A DNA stretch of 64,000 bases from assembly GCA_963833985.1 (NCBI GenBank), contig CAWIAD010000002.1:5152001-5216000 (forward strand), in the 5' to 3' direction. The stretch's first letter is position 1. Every line of letters starts with the position of its first letter. Position numbers and translations under genes: made by a program. This document shows positions 62,452 to 64,000 of the stretch, piece by piece. The DNA is from an uncultured Planctomycetaceae bacterium (GTDB lineage Bacteria > Planctomycetota > Planctomycetia > Isosphaerales > Isosphaeraceae). The notes beneath the pieces are model-generated. The model was given only the letters and a program-made list of their open reading frames with translations, searched no databases and was not told where the DNA came from.

Positions 62452-63222
62452 ATGGCCGTTGACGTGGATTCCATCAACTCCATCTGGATTGAAGCCCATG
62501 CTCCGGTCTGGGCCCTGGTGATCGCGCGTGTGGGCGCGGCCTGCATGACGGCGCCCGTGACCGCGGCTCCGGGGCTCGGCTGGCCCATGCGCCTTGTGCT
62601 TTCCCTCATGCTGGGCGTGGTGGTGATTCCGGTGCTGGAGCCCTCGATCGGGGCGGTTCCGGGCGGACCGATACTGCTCTGGCTGTGCGTGATGGAGCTG
62701 CTCGCGGGGGGGTTGCTGGGATTGACGGCGGGCCTCATCGTGGCGGCCGCGCGGCAGGCCGGCGACCTCGTTGCGGCCCAGGCGGGGCTCTCGGCCTCGA
62801 CGCTGTTCGATCCCGAGACTGGCGAGGAGCTCACGCCCCTGGGCCACCTCTACGGCCTGATCGCGCTGGCCGTGTTCCTGGCCATGGACGGTCCGCTGGT
62901 GCTGGTGGGAACCGTGGTGGAGAGCTACCGCTCCGTTCCTGCGGGCGGCTTTCGGCTTGACGCGAACACGGCGTCGGAGCTCTTCGCCCACCTCGGCGGC
63001 GCGCTGGCCCTTTCGCTCCGCGCCGCCGCGCCCGTCGCCGTCTCGCTGGTCGCGGCCGGAATCGTGCTCGGCTGGATTGGTCGGCTGGCGCCGGCGGTGC
63101 CTCTTCTGGCCCTGTCGCTCCCCGTCCGATCGCTGCTGGGGATCCTCCTTGTCCTTCTGAGCCTGACCACATTGGCCGCGACGTTTGCCCAGGCGTGGTC
63201 CGGCTGGCCCTGGGGACCATGA
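62452..63222 (+). CDS. fliR: Export gate protein FliR (SctT)
   Basis: 'ELLAGGLLG...AGDLVAAQAGLS...FDP', 'FLAMDG', 'ESY', 'AAPV', 'GRLAP'. Confidence 0.9.
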   Translation: MAVDVDSINSIWIEAHAPVWALVIARVGAACMTAPVTAAPGLGWPMRLVLSLMLGVVVIPVLEPSIGAVPGGPILLWLCVMELLAGGLLGLTAGLIVAAARQAGDLVAAQAGLSASTLFDPETGEELTPLGHLYGLIALAVFLAMDGPLVLVGTVVESYRSVPAGGFRLDANTASELFAHLGGALALSLRAAAPVAVSLVAAGIVLGWIGRLAPAVPLLALSLPVRSLLGILLVLLSLTTLAATFAQAWSGWPWGP

Positions 63223-63254
63223 GAACCGTGGTCGATCACAACTGAGGCCGTCTC

Positions 63255-64000
63255 ATGTCCGAGGATCGAACTCAGCCCGCCTCGAAGCGCCGCTTGCAGA
63301 TGGCACGCGAGCAGGGCCAGGTGCCGCACAGTCCCGAGCTCACGGCCGCCGGCGGCTGGCTGGTTGCGCTGCTGGTGCTGGGTTTCTGGGGCCAGGACCT
63401 GATGGCGGGCCTGGTCGGCCTGGTGCGGCAATCGGCCGGCCCGGAGCGCGCGATCCTGTCCGATGCCGACTCGCTGGTGACGCACGTGCACGCGGCCGCA
63501 CTGGCGGTTGCGGTGCCACTGGGCCTCGTCGGGATAGGATTCGCGGCCGGAGCGCTGGCCACCCACCAGATGCAGGTCCGCGGGCTCTGGGCCGTGGGAC
63601 TGGTCGCTCCCGATTTCAGCCGACTCTGGGCCGTGGGCCGGGGCGCTGGATCGAGCGCAGGAGTCGAGCGATTTGCCTGGGCGGCGGTCAAGGCCGTGGT
63701 GCTCGTGGGTGTTTCCTGCTGGGTAATGAGCGCGGAATGGACCGCGATCCAGCGGCTTGGGTCCTTGAAGTTCCCCGCCCTGGCGATTGCGGCAGGTCGT
63801 CTACTGATCCGGCCGGTTCAGGTGCTCGGGGGAGCGATGCTGGTTCTGGGCCTGTGCGACTTCGGCCTGCGCCACTTCCGTTACGAGGCGATGCTGCGGA
63901 CGACGCCGGAAGAGCAGCGTGAGGACCTGAGGGTGATGGAGGGCGATCCTTCCCTGCGAGCCAGGCGCAGGCGCATGGCCCGGGCCTGGCGGGGCGACGC
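63255..64000 (+). CDS. flhB: Export switch protein FlhB (SctU), truncated by the window edge
   Basis: 'MSEDRTQPASKRRLQMAREQGQVPHSPEL' and 'LRTTPEEQREDLRVMEGDPSLRARRRR'; frame open to 64000. Confidence 0.9.
   Translation, partial: MSEDRTQPASKRRLQMAREQGQVPHSPELTAAGGWLVALLVLGFWGQDLMAGLVGLVRQSAGPERAILSDADSLVTHVHAAALAVAVPLGLVGIGFAAGALATHQMQVRGLWAVGLVAPDFSRLWAVGRGAGSSAGVERFAWAAVKAVVLVGVSCWVMSAEWTAIQRLGSLKFPALAIAAGRLLIRPVQVLGGAMLVLGLCDFGLRHFRYEAMLRTTPEEQREDLRVMEGDPSLRARRRRMARAWRGD

Noticed and set aside
58389..64000. Classical injectisome (non-flagellar T3SS)
   Set aside because: FliO, a FliG homologue and a two-TM FliF with FliG-binding tail are flagellar-lineage features; no SctJ lipoprotein, SctD, secretin or needle gene is in the window.

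Overview
High-GC bacterial chromosomal window. The gene repertoire points to Planctomycetota, most likely Isosphaeraceae (inference): ECF sigma factors with long C-terminal extensions, a DUF1559 domain, an ECF/Ser-Thr kinase pair, DUF3500, a DUF6797-type heme protein and Cys-rich secreted proteins. Housekeeping genes are nrdJ (class II ribonucleotide reductase) and rplU. The window also holds four sigma factors, a heavy-metal P-type ATPase, an APC permease, two ArnT/GT39-like membrane glycosyltransferases and a four-gene cluster of secreted glycan-active proteins. About 14 genes are split by apparent 1-2 bp indels in GC-dinucleotide or homopolymer contexts, most likely long-read consensus errors. 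Two loci stand out. (1) At 58.4-64 kb, a stripped-down flagellar-type export operon (fliF-fliG-fliO-fliP-fliQ-fliR-flhB, running off the window). It has no fliE/H/I/J/K/L/M/N between or next to these genes, and its FliG lacks the FliM-binding middle domain and most stator-contacting charges, so it is a candidate non-rotary, non-flagellar type III export machine. (2) At 5.4-7.7 kb, an orphan five-gene phage-like cassette (exported Pro-linker protein, papain-like Cys peptidase, three small membrane proteins) with no other phage genes nearby. No rRNA, tRNA, CRISPR array or IS element was recognised. All family assignments come from motif recognition by eye, not database searches.
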